DNA of 64,000 nucleotides from the NCBI GenBank assembly GCA_016933295.1, contig JAFGBG010000255.1, positions 1,185 to 65,184 of the forward strand, given 5' to 3'. Shown one piece after another: positions 46,023 to 54,869 of the stretch. Both the position numbers and the translations under genes were made by a program. The DNA is from Sedimentisphaerales bacterium. Its GTDB lineage: Bacteria; Planctomycetota; Phycisphaerae; Sedimentisphaerales; Anaerobacaceae. The notes beneath the pieces were generated by a model. That model worked only from the letters and a program-made list of their open reading frames with translations, made no database searches and was not told the DNA's origin. Within the stretch, counting starts at the first letter, position 1. Each line of letters starts with the position of its first letter.

Positions 46023-48887
46023 CTACCAATACAAACGAATATCATCAAGGAATATCGTCCCGGAACCTCCGGCTACGCCTGTCCTTTCCAGACCCACTCC
46101 AATCTGCGTGACATTAGACAGACTTATGCCGAAATCGGAAAGATTGATATTCCACTGCGTCCATTGCGGCGTAGCCAGCTTGGCCGGACTGCCTTGATAC
46201 GTTATCTTCGAGTCATTTAGTTTAACATACAACTGCTCGGTAACGGCATTATCCGGATTTCCATAGAACCAGAGTGAAATAACCTGAACATCATACTGAG
46301 CCCAGTTACGTCCAATCACCAGATCACTCGTGTTAACGGTAACTTCGGAATAACCTGCAACGCTGTTATTATACAACAGCGGAGCCGACTGACTACCTCC
46401 GTGAACAACATCGACTTCAACGAAATGTTCGCCGTCGGCAAATATCGGATCAGGATACCCCATTGTCGAACCGTTAACCGTCGGATTCTCATACCCATCA
46501 ACCCAGGTCAAAAATATTCTATTACTACCTTCCTGGTCCGGATTAAGATCATTATACGACTCAAAATCATCCAGAAGGAGATAATCGACTACTGTAAAGG
46601 ACCAGACATGACCTTTACCGACAGCGGCATCGGCACCGACTCCATCGATACGCCAATAGTACGTTTGATTGTAATTGATATCTTCCGGTGGAGTGTAGCT
46701 GTTGGTACTCTGCCTGCCTCGATAAATATCGGCAGTTGAAGTATCGGCATCCGCTACGGCTTTCTCATCTGTGCCGAAATAAACATCGCTTTGAACAGCC
46801 TGAGTTCCCGGCGTCCAGCTCAACGGCGTAGCATTTAATATATCAGGCGTGGAACCGGATACCGGACTCGGTTCCCTGGCCCGCAGTGGATCGATTTGCA
46901 TAACCGAGACAATCTCATCGGATGTTAGTGCATAATCATAAATCCTGAAGTCATCCAGAGAGCCGGTAAAATACGGATCAGGCGGGTCCCAGAATTTCGA
47001 CCTGCCGAGCCAGTTGCCGTCGGTATCACCCAGATCCGAGGGCAGAGCCTCCGTCGTATCAGAACCGACTACGGTGCCGTCAAGATATAACACTATGTTG
47101 TTCGTAGCCGCATCAATCGTTACAGCAACATGATGCCACCCGATCGGCAGCGTTTCGGTTGCGTTCACTGTACCTCCGGTTCCATCGTTTGTAATTACGA
47201 AGCTCAACATACCCTCGGCATTTAGAGGTGTCAGGTACATATACACTGCCGGAGGTTCGATGCCCGGATCGTTACCAAAATCAAAGATTCGCTGCCATGG
47301 GACGGCACTCGAAAAGTTCACCCATGTTGTGATAGTCGTACTTTCGAGCGACGCGATAGTCGAACCTATAGGCAAATCCACATAATCATCCACAGCATCA
47401 AAGAACATAGCGCCGCCGTCATAACCGGCCACCGAAACGGGATCACCGATAACATTGCCGTGCTGATTCAGGCCCGACCAGTCAATGGCTTTTCCCGGCC
47501 CCTCGTCGAATTTCCACCAGCCGACAAGATTAGGATCGGCAACAGGTATGACGGGTATCGTGGTAAAATACCAGAGGTCACCTTCAATAACAGAGGCATC
47601 CGCCTGTACCTGGTCAACCCGCCAATAATAATCCTGGTTATTAACAAGCCCTGTTACATCAAAACTGTATCGTTCGAGACCTTCGGCGTGTGTTATAGTT
47701 GTCCTGGAGACAAGAGAATCGGGATTGGTACCGAAATACACCTCGCTTGCGGTCGAATTATATCCGCTGTTCCAGCTCAGGTTCGGATCTGGATCGATAA
47801 AAACACTAACCTCACTATTGTACGGAGCGGGATTCCATGCCTTGCTCGGCTCTGTAGTAAAGCTCCAGAGGCGACCTGTATCGATCGTCGTACCGTCCGC
47901 CCTGACCTCATCGATCCGCCAATAATATGTTGTATCAGGGCTCAGAGCATCGAGACTGAAACTATTTGCATCCTGCCGGCCCTTATAGATATCAGATGTG
48001 GAGGTTGTAGCATTATCGACGTTTTCATAACTTTCGCCGAAATATACATCATGTTGAACGGCATTAAATCCCGGGACCCAGCTAAGAGCCACATCCTGTG
48101 GTACTGCTATCGCCTTATCCGCCGGATTCGGGATGGATGCAGTTGCCGGGGGCGCATCAGTTAGCTCAACAACGAAAACCCGGTCACCCGGAGCTGTTCT
48201 CAGTGTGCCGCCCGCCGCTCCATTTAAGCCGCTGGTATAAGCAGTTCCATCCGGGTAAGGATTCCCGTCGGGAGCACTGTCTTTAATGCCCCATAACTCG
48301 AAGAAATTCGTCGAGCCCGCCAGACACGTTATGTCAAATCCATATTCCGTGTTGGCTGCAAGAGCCACCGGATTATCGAGGACAATATGAAACCATGTGC
48401 CTGTGCCTAATGGATCATTCTGAGCCGGACCACCCAGTAAGTCAACCACCTCACTGGTTATAGTGTAGGTTTCACTACTCAATACAAAACCCGCCGCCCC
48501 GGAAGCCGAAGGATTCGTCACACGGATACCGATTTGACCTCCGGAGGTAAATCCCCACCATGTGGAGACAGTGTTCTCTTCAGTATATCCACAGTGCCTT
48601 ATCCAAATACCGGTAATCAGATATACGGGCCGACCGCTACGCGTTACGAAGGTCTGTCCCTGGGCACCACGGTCCATTGCCGCATAAGTCGTGGAATCGT
48701 TAAAAGCACCGTCGGAAGTAGCGGTGCCGACATTGTTACGATCCTGGGTGACACCGACAAGGTTGAATACATCGAGCGGTCCGGGCGTCGGCTCAGTTGT
48801 TTGGAAGGTAATAACTGCAGCCTGTAAGCAGATTGGCAGAAACATTATCACCGCCAATAAAAAGAGAATCTTACTTTTTTCTTTCAT
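46023..48887 (-). CDS. Giant secreted LamG (concanavalin-A-like) protein with three DVYFG...YYWR(I/V)D modules and a C-terminal CBM-like module
   Basis: It has a signal peptide. Three roughly 95-aa modules each carry (D/E)VYFG...YYWR(I/V)D...(L/V)W(S/Y)FT. The LamG core runs VGWWKFDEG...LDDFRIYDYALTSDEI. The C-terminal module runs DDFESYNDLNPDQEGSNRIFLTWVDGY...GTIFLDDIRLYW. Confidence 0.85.
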   Translation of the reverse strand: MKEKSKILFLLAVIMFLPICLQAAVITFQTTEPTPGPLDVFNLVGVTQDRNNVGTATSDGAFNDSTTYAAMDRGAQGQTFVTRSGRPVYLITGIWIRHCGYTEENTVSTWWGFTSGGQIGIRVTNPSASGAAGFVLSSETYTITSEVVDLLGGPAQNDPLGTGTWFHIVLDNPVALAANTEYGFDITCLAGSTNFFELWGIKDSAPDGNPYPDGTAYTSGLNGAAGGTLRTAPGDRVFVVELTDAPPATASIPNPADKAIAVPQDVALSWVPGFNAVQHDVYFGESYENVDNATTSTSDIYKGRQDANSFSLDALSPDTTYYWRIDEVRADGTTIDTGRLWSFTTEPSKAWNPAPYNSEVSVFIDPDPNLSWNSGYNSTASEVYFGTNPDSLVSRTTITHAEGLERYSFDVTGLVNNQDYYWRVDQVQADASVIEGDLWYFTTIPVIPVADPNLVGWWKFDEGPGKAIDWSGLNQHGNVIGDPVSVAGYDGGAMFFDAVDDYVDLPIGSTIASLESTTITTWVNFSSAVPWQRIFDFGNDPGIEPPAVYMYLTPLNAEGMLSFVITNDGTGGTVNATETLPIGWHHVAVTIDAATNNIVLYLDGTVVGSDTTEALPSDLGDTDGNWLGRSKFWDPPDPYFTGSLDDFRIYDYALTSDEIVSVMQIDPLRAREPSPVSGSTPDILNATPLSWTPGTQAVQSDVYFGTDEKAVADADTSTADIYRGRQSTNSYTPPEDINYNQTYYWRIDGVGADAAVGKGHVWSFTVVDYLLLDDFESYNDLNPDQEGSNRIFLTWVDGYENPTVNGSTMGYPDPIFADGEHFVEVDVVHGGSQSAPLLYNNSVAGYSEVTVNTSDLVIGRNWAQYDVQVISLWFYGNPDNAVTEQLYVKLNDSKITYQGSPAKLATPQWTQWNINLSDFGISLSNVTQIGVGLERTGVAGGSGTIFLDDIRLYW

Positions 48888-49033
48888 GACAAAACTCCTC
48901 TCGTAAAAAAATGATTGTTATACTTTTTATTCTTAAAATTGACTGAAAAATGCATTATCACACATAAAACATTCCTCCTAACAAATGACATTAAAAACAC
49001 CCTCAACTTCATAAAGTCAGTAATATCTTTTCA

Positions 49034-50854
49034 TTACCTTGCCTGCGTACCCACTAAATCATCCGTCGTTTCAAGAACCAATGCAGGCTCAACAAATACA
49101 CACCAATCACAGGTATAAGAACGCTGGTACGCCCCCATACGGTCAACATCTCCGCCATCGGTCGTCACGAGCGTCAGAAAACGGTCGGAAGAGCCAAGCT
49201 CAACGGAAACGTCACTCAAAATATTTTTCTGAGTAATATTGCGGCGGCTAAAGCGAACATCTCCGTCAACCAGCACCCAAAAATCGGCGTTGCAGCCTGC
49301 GTTTTCCTCAAAGTCGGCTATCCCGATTTTAGATACGAAACGGATCATTTTAATATCCGGGCACATAGACCGGATGGCATATAAATCGAAGGTAATACCG
49401 AGGTTGGCATGCATTACGATACACGGATGGCTTTGAACTCCGTAATCCTGCCCGTTGAATTTCACAATTCCCGTTCTCATGTCTGTTGCCCAAACACGCT
49501 GCTTCGGATTCACCCCAAGGTTGGTATAGCATTCACCATTGGTCTGCGGACAATCGGCAAATTCATGCCCCTGAGAACTGATAACCTGCCGCCTGTTTCC
49601 ATCCGGGATGAAAAGCCCGTCAATAAAAAGATTTGATACGAGCCTGTGGTATTCATTTCCTCCTTTATTACAATAATATGATTCTCTATATCCTTCTACC
49701 GGGTCCAAATAAACATTTTCCCGGCCCGTCCCAAGTCCATTTCCCATTCCGGCAATATCCACAAGACAAAGCTTCTGGCCTCTCCAGACAAATCCCGTCT
49801 CTGAATAAAAATGCCGCACGAAGCCCTCTTCCTTAATAGGAATATCACTGATCTGCCCACTAATATCGATATGCCTGGCCTGACCGGCCGTTAACATCAT
49901 TCGTTCGGACTCATCCCCCGAGTCCGATGACAAGGCGGCATGACCTTTAAACATATGCAGATTGCTTGTTCCGTCCTGCTCTACCCTAATCCCAAATTCG
50001 GTACCCATATCGATTATACGTGAATTAGGAGTAGCAACCGTGAATCCTTTTGCAAATCCGGGCACCGTAGCGAATAATTGCCCGGAATGCAGTATCATAC
50101 TGTCGCCAGATTTCAAATAAAATGCGGCAGGAGCTTCCAGCAGCACCTTTGCCCCGTCGTCAAATACTATCTCTATTAATCCTGTTTGCAGATATAAAGG
50201 GTCCTGTCGGCTGGCTAATCTCGTTCCAGGTACAAAGCTTTTATCTCCGGCAAATTTTGCCTGAAGCGAAGTATTCAACGTGGCAATTTTCTTCGGAGTA
50301 AAAGTATTTTTTAAATGTGAAAAAATCAGGATGCACAGCAAGACAACAAGCAAGCATACGGCCGTCGCCTTTACCACCTTCGAACCGGTTCGTAAAAATG
50401 CTCCAACCGTCTGTGCAATTCCATTCGTAGCTCCCCATAAATCCAGACCGGATTTACGGGATTCCTGAAGTAAAATATTTTTATACTGTTCTCGAAGATA
50501 TGCATCGAGCTGTTCGCTGGCATACATTTCGATACGACGCTTTTTTTCCTCGTCGGTTTCATCGGGATCAAAATAGTAAGGATCGAAATAATCCGCCGAA
50601 CCGGATGATATGCTTTCGGTATTTGAACCAGAAAGCTCGTCCAATCGGGAAATATCAAACGTTTTCGGTAAAACCCCCTGAAGGTCCATGAGACCGACAT
50701 AGGTTGTAATGAATTCCTGATAATAAATACAAGCCTCCTCGTTGGTAGCAATCAGATTATCGAGGGCGGCAAACTGCTCCGCGGTGATTGTACCATCGAG
50801 GGTGCGATCTATCCATTCGGTAAAATCCAGTGATATCTGGTCATCCCGGTTCAA
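49034..50854 (-). CDS. FecR-family anti-sigma factor with a C-terminal NPCBM-like (galactose-binding-like) sensor domain
   Basis: It has one TM helix (AVCLLVVLLCILIF) and a FecR domain (AKVLLEAPAAFYLKSGDSMILHSGQLFATV...TPNSRIIDMGTEFGIRV). The C-terminus, MHANLGITFDL...IRFVSKIGIAD...ADFWVLVDGDVRF...LTLVTTDGGD...DWCVFVEPAL, follows the NPCBM pattern. The likely start is TTG at 50854, with GGAGGA 6 nt upstream and a TTGA overlap with the sigma stop. The longest ORF starts at 50890. Confidence 0.8.
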   Translation of the reverse strand: MNRDDQISLDFTEWIDRTLDGTITAEQFAALDNLIATNEEACIYYQEFITTYVGLMDLQGVLPKTFDISRLDELSGSNTESISSGSADYFDPYYFDPDETDEEKKRRIEMYASEQLDAYLREQYKNILLQESRKSGLDLWGATNGIAQTVGAFLRTGSKVVKATAVCLLVVLLCILIFSHLKNTFTPKKIATLNTSLQAKFAGDKSFVPGTRLASRQDPLYLQTGLIEIVFDDGAKVLLEAPAAFYLKSGDSMILHSGQLFATVPGFAKGFTVATPNSRIIDMGTEFGIRVEQDGTSNLHMFKGHAALSSDSGDESERMMLTAGQARHIDISGQISDIPIKEEGFVRHFYSETGFVWRGQKLCLVDIAGMGNGLGTGRENVYLDPVEGYRESYYCNKGGNEYHRLVSNLFIDGLFIPDGNRRQVISSQGHEFADCPQTNGECYTNLGVNPKQRVWATDMRTGIVKFNGQDYGVQSHPCIVMHANLGITFDLYAIRSMCPDIKMIRFVSKIGIADFEENAGCNADFWVLVDGDVRFSRRNITQKNILSDVSVELGSSDRFLTLVTTDGGDVDRMGAYQRSYTCDWCVFVEPALVLETTDDLVGTQAR

Positions 50855-51378
50855 GTCAGTTCCTCCGTTGCTAACGTCCTGCGGATACATCTTATCAGTG
50901 AATCGTTAATCCGGGCCATTCGCTTATAAATACTCTGTACGGTCCGCCCCAGCCGGTCAGCAATGGATTTTATAGTAAATTCATTCTCGTATCGCATCTG
51001 AATCAAATCGTAATCTGTCTTACTCAATTTTCTAATACACGTGCGCAAGGCCTGCATTCGCCTTTCAATATTTTTAGCAAGATTATCCGATTTATCCTGC
51101 AGAGATTGAAAAGCGGCCTGACTGAATCGAAAATTATTTCTGGCATTTCGCCTATGTGCCTGAAAAATCTTATATTTCGCGATTTTAACACCCCAAGCGG
51201 CAAAATTCGTTCCCTGCTCAAAACTATCGAATTTCGACCACATCACAAGGACTGTTTCCTGAAATATATCTTCCGCATCTTCACGATTCGGTATCAACCC
51301 GAGAATTAATGCATAAATCGGCTTTTGGTTGGCCATAATAAGGCGCAAAAACTCATTCACTCTGGAAGATTCTGTCAC
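50851..51378 (-). CDS. ECF-type RNA polymerase sigma factor
   Basis: It has a GTG start with GAAGGAG upstream. Region 2 is DAEDIFQETVLVMW. The region 4 HTH is FTIKSIADRLGRTVQSIYKRMARI. Confidence 0.85.
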   Translation of the reverse strand: MTESSRVNEFLRLIMANQKPIYALILGLIPNREDAEDIFQETVLVMWSKFDSFEQGTNFAAWGVKIAKYKIFQAHRRNARNNFRFSQAAFQSLQDKSDNLAKNIERRMQALRTCIRKLSKTDYDLIQMRYENEFTIKSIADRLGRTVQSIYKRMARINDSLIRCIRRTLATEELT

Positions 51379-51650
51379 AGTAACACTCCTTCAATTAGCA
51401 TATCCCCATGAAGGCTGATTTTTAAACCGGAAATTTAGTTTCCGGGATTAATTTCGGCGAATTTTGTGTGTTATTATAAAAAAACGGCAAATTCAGGCTT
51501 TCTTTTCGGTCCGATATAAAAGTCATCATAGAATATAAATATCGTCGATTTTTGCCGAAACGGGCCGGATACTAAATCCATATATTGTATTGGATCCCGG
51601 AAAATAGTGAAAAAAGAGGATTTTTACACCCATCTGTGTGAAAGAAAAGT

Positions 51651-51691
51651 ATTTAAAAGGACCTGTACCTAATTCCCCCCGGTACAGGTCC
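51651..51691 (-). terminator. Intrinsic terminator of LamG protein 2
   Basis: An 11-bp stem, GGACCTGTACC (51659-51669) with GGTACAGGTCC (51681-51691), is followed on the minus strand by TTTTAAATACTTTTC. Confidence 0.7.
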
Positions 51692-51744
51692 AAAAAAGAC
51701 TATGAATAAATAATTAGCTCGCCCTCGATAAAAATGGATCGATT

Positions 51745-54240
51745 TTACGGCCAAAACATCTCATCAAGCCACTTATCCGCCAAAACGGCAAAGTCTGCGA
51801 AATTGACCACGAGGGTACCTTGTGTTACCGCCTCAAACAACTCAGCCGGTGACGGCACTGAATGCAACTGACCATCTGCCGGAGTCGTATCCGCCAGATA
51901 TGCAATCTGGGCCGCTGACAAGGCGCGGTTATAGATTCGGACTTCATCCATGTCGCCGTTAAATGCTCCGGGACTATCGGGCCATATATCATTGTTGTTA
52001 TTACCGATTGTCATATCGACATCGGTGCCATCGGCGAATGAAAACGGGCCTGAGGCAATTTCACTGCCGTTGAGATACAGCCTTGCGGTTGTCCCATCGA
52101 ACGTAGCGGCAACATGCACCCACCGCCCAATGAACTGATCCATGACATTAGCCTCGGAATAAACATCAGTATTCTCACCAGAATACTGCCTCAAAGCAAT
52201 AGAACCCCGAGTATCCGCCGAATCGGGAGTATCCATCTCGAACATGAACATCAATCCGTCGGTTGACCAGGCTTCCCTTTTACAAACCAGACCCTGTGGC
52301 TGGCCTCCGTGGGGGTCACGCGGACCGGCCCATCTCACCCAGAGAGCCAGAGTCATTGCACCCGTTCCCGCCGCCGGATTCCATGTTCCAATGCTGATTC
52401 TGCTACCGGCGGTACCGTCGAAGTGAACGGCATAATTGCTATTCAAGATACCGGGCGAGCTCCACGTCAGATCCGTCGTCAGAGTCCCGTTGTGGTGATT
52501 GCCGGAGGAATCAACCGCATCCGTGCCGGTTCCCGACTCGAACTGATAATATCCAACAAGACCCGTCGAGCCGGGCGGAGTCGTCGCAATCACCTCATCC
52601 GTAACAAGCCAATCGCGAGCCAGTATCGACAATTCCTGATAGTTTATCATACAATCACCGGCGGGATTACCGACGGGCATAAAATCGAGCCGGGCAAATT
52701 CGGCCGAACGCGCTGAAAGAACACATCTGAGCGGATACAAGCGGATATCATCGATAAATACCGTACCGGAACCGCCGGCTGCTATATTATTTTTATCACC
52801 AAAACCGATTGCAATACTATTAACATCCGTAAGGTCAATTCCGCCATTCTCGAAAAGGACCAGATTGATCGGCCACTCCTGCCATTCGGTTACCTGTAAC
52901 AACGCAGGTTCGTCATGTTTTACTACAACAGGAGAATTCGTGCTATCGGCAATAGCCACGTACATCTGCTCGGGAGAATTCGCCGGGTTACCATAGAACC
53001 ACAAGGATAAAGCTTTAATTCCATCTTCCGACCAGTTTCGATGGTTGCTGAGGGTTAATTTTGCCTCGGAATATTTCATGTTATTATCATAGCGCAACGG
53101 CATTGCCTGTTTGCCTCCGTGAACATTAGTCTGCTCGGTAAATGGAAAATCGTTATAACCTACAAGAGCGCCGTTTTCTGTTATATTATTATAACCGTCT
53201 ATCCATGCCAGAAATATACGATTACTGCCTTCTATGTCCGGATTGAGGTCGTTATACGACTCAAAATCGTCAATAACAATATAGTTGCCTGTCGTAAAGT
53301 TCCAGACGATCCCCTTCCAGAGATCGGTATTATTGACCTCATCCACCCGCCAATAGTAAGTCGTATCGAATTCCAAATTCCCGGGTGTGAAATTATTTAC
53401 ATCCAATTGAGCAAAAGTCACATTCGGGTGCACATCCGCTGTGGCATCGTTTACATCATTGAAATTAGTACCTAAATATATATTGTGCGTGTTGATATTC
53501 GTTCCACGTTTCCATATAAGGGTTGGATATCTCTCTACATCCGTCTCTTCGTCCGCCGGAGAAGGATTCTCCGCTCTTAAATTGCCGGAACCGATTAACC
53601 TCGCATTGTCAAAGTAAAACGCCCCTGGTGCATTAGAATTCGTTGCAATAACAATCTGGATGTACGACGGATTCTCAAACTGGTCTATAACGCCGGAGTA
53701 ATCCCATATCCACGTTCCCGTAATGGTGGTGCCCTCAGTTCCCGGATCAATAAGAGGCATTGTTCCCGGCGCATCCGGATTGAGCGTATCGGTAAACACC
53801 ACGCCGGCCGTGCCGTCCGGCGCTGCCGACCCTCCGACATCATGCCATCCAAAGCCATCATTATTAAAACTAACATGATAAACCTGAGCATAAGTAGTCG
53901 CCGAATCCCAGTCTGCGCTATTATAGGTGACGTCGATTGCAAACGCCTTGTTGGCTAAAAAAGCGTCCATCGCACCGATGTCTCCCAAAGAAATAGATAA
54001 ATTCTGCTGCCACCCGCTGCCCGGGCTGACTTTTAGTGCACTGCTGCCGAGCGTTGCGCCTATTGGACTGAATGTGTACTTGGGTTCTCCAATCGACTCT
54101 ATCGTGGCCTGTCCCGCGCCCCAGTCGATCCAACCATCATAAGAGCCGTTTTCCCAGTCACCTATAACTGTGTCGGCATGGCCGGTACACGTGACTGAGA
54201 GCATTAAAACAGAAATCAGGTAAATTAATTTGTTACACAT
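51745..54240 (-). CDS. Giant secreted LamG/CBM protein 2 with dockerin-like motifs
   Basis: It has a signal peptide and an N-terminal CBM-like domain (DTVIGDWENGSYDGW...FYFDNARLIG). One module reads NIYLG...YYWRVDEV. The shared module reads DDFESYNDLNPDIEGSNRIFLAWIDGY...GTVFIDDIRLYP. The LamG core runs VGYYQFESG...MDEVRIYNRALSAAQI. The C-terminus is VNFADFAVLADKWL. Confidence 0.85.
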   Translation of the reverse strand: MCNKLIYLISVLMLSVTCTGHADTVIGDWENGSYDGWIDWGAGQATIESIGEPKYTFSPIGATLGSSALKVSPGSGWQQNLSISLGDIGAMDAFLANKAFAIDVTYNSADWDSATTYAQVYHVSFNNDGFGWHDVGGSAAPDGTAGVVFTDTLNPDAPGTMPLIDPGTEGTTITGTWIWDYSGVIDQFENPSYIQIVIATNSNAPGAFYFDNARLIGSGNLRAENPSPADEETDVERYPTLIWKRGTNINTHNIYLGTNFNDVNDATADVHPNVTFAQLDVNNFTPGNLEFDTTYYWRVDEVNNTDLWKGIVWNFTTGNYIVIDDFESYNDLNPDIEGSNRIFLAWIDGYNNITENGALVGYNDFPFTEQTNVHGGKQAMPLRYDNNMKYSEAKLTLSNHRNWSEDGIKALSLWFYGNPANSPEQMYVAIADSTNSPVVVKHDEPALLQVTEWQEWPINLVLFENGGIDLTDVNSIAIGFGDKNNIAAGGSGTVFIDDIRLYPLRCVLSARSAEFARLDFMPVGNPAGDCMINYQELSILARDWLVTDEVIATTPPGSTGLVGYYQFESGTGTDAVDSSGNHHNGTLTTDLTWSSPGILNSNYAVHFDGTAGSRISIGTWNPAAGTGAMTLALWVRWAGPRDPHGGQPQGLVCKREAWSTDGLMFMFEMDTPDSADTRGSIALRQYSGENTDVYSEANVMDQFIGRWVHVAATFDGTTARLYLNGSEIASGPFSFADGTDVDMTIGNNNNDIWPDSPGAFNGDMDEVRIYNRALSAAQIAYLADTTPADGQLHSVPSPAELFEAVTQGTLVVNFADFAVLADKWLDEMFWP

Positions 54241-54804
54241 AATAATCCTCCTTTAATATCAGGATAGTGAAAACAAATGAAAAGAATTCTCCCTCATCTC
54301 ATCAGATAAATTCAATCATTACAAAATTGCTACACCAACCTTCCCTCACTAAAAACATCTATTCATTTTACGGATAAAACTACTGATTTCAAACCAAGAC
54401 ATCGTGTCGATTCTTTTTAGCTGCTAAATACAATTTATGCAAATACCCGCAAATGTAATATCGAACCTGGCCCGCCTCAAAAACTGCATAAATTATTACA
54501 TAAATACCGTCCTATAATAGAAATAGTATCAAATCACACCATTCAAAGTCAAGAAATACTTGCCGCATTTTCACGTTTTATTTCACCTGTATCCTCTGTT
54601 TGTCCCAAATTCCCTTAAAATCCATTATTTTAATATGTTTAACCAAAACCTTAGCGGCAAAAATTTATTCAGTAGATTCCCCTGGGCAAGCCCGGGGCAC
54701 TTACTGTAACGATTTCAGCGAAATCGACCTTACCTCTGCTAATCCGCAGAGACAAGGAATTTTGCATTCAGCCACGGGTAAAACCGTGGTTTCCTGTAAG
54801 GGAG

Positions 54805-54833
54805 AAAAAAAAAGCCCCGCATAAAGCGGGGCT
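54805..54833 (-). terminator. Intrinsic terminator of degP/htrA
   Basis: AGCCCCGC (54813-54820) pairs with GCGGGGCT (54826-54833) around a 5-nt loop. On the minus strand a run of 9 T (54805-54813, the first pairing in the stem) follows. It lies 37 nt after the stop. Confidence 0.9.
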
Positions 54834-54869
54834 AAGCCGTTTTGATCAAAACTTATTTATATACTAAAA

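Noticed and set aside
46023-54240. The possibility that the repeated modules of the LamG proteins are targets of a diversity-generating retroelement.
   Set aside because: The window holds no reverse transcriptase and no template-repeat/variable-repeat pair with adenine-specific differences. The copies differ at all codon positions, as ordinary old paralogs do.
54600-54824. A 74-aa plus-strand ORF upstream of the degP terminator.
   Set aside because: It has no RBS. It spans three hairpins (about 54679-54700, 54771-54790 and 54813-54833) and runs into the terminator stem of the opposite-strand gene.
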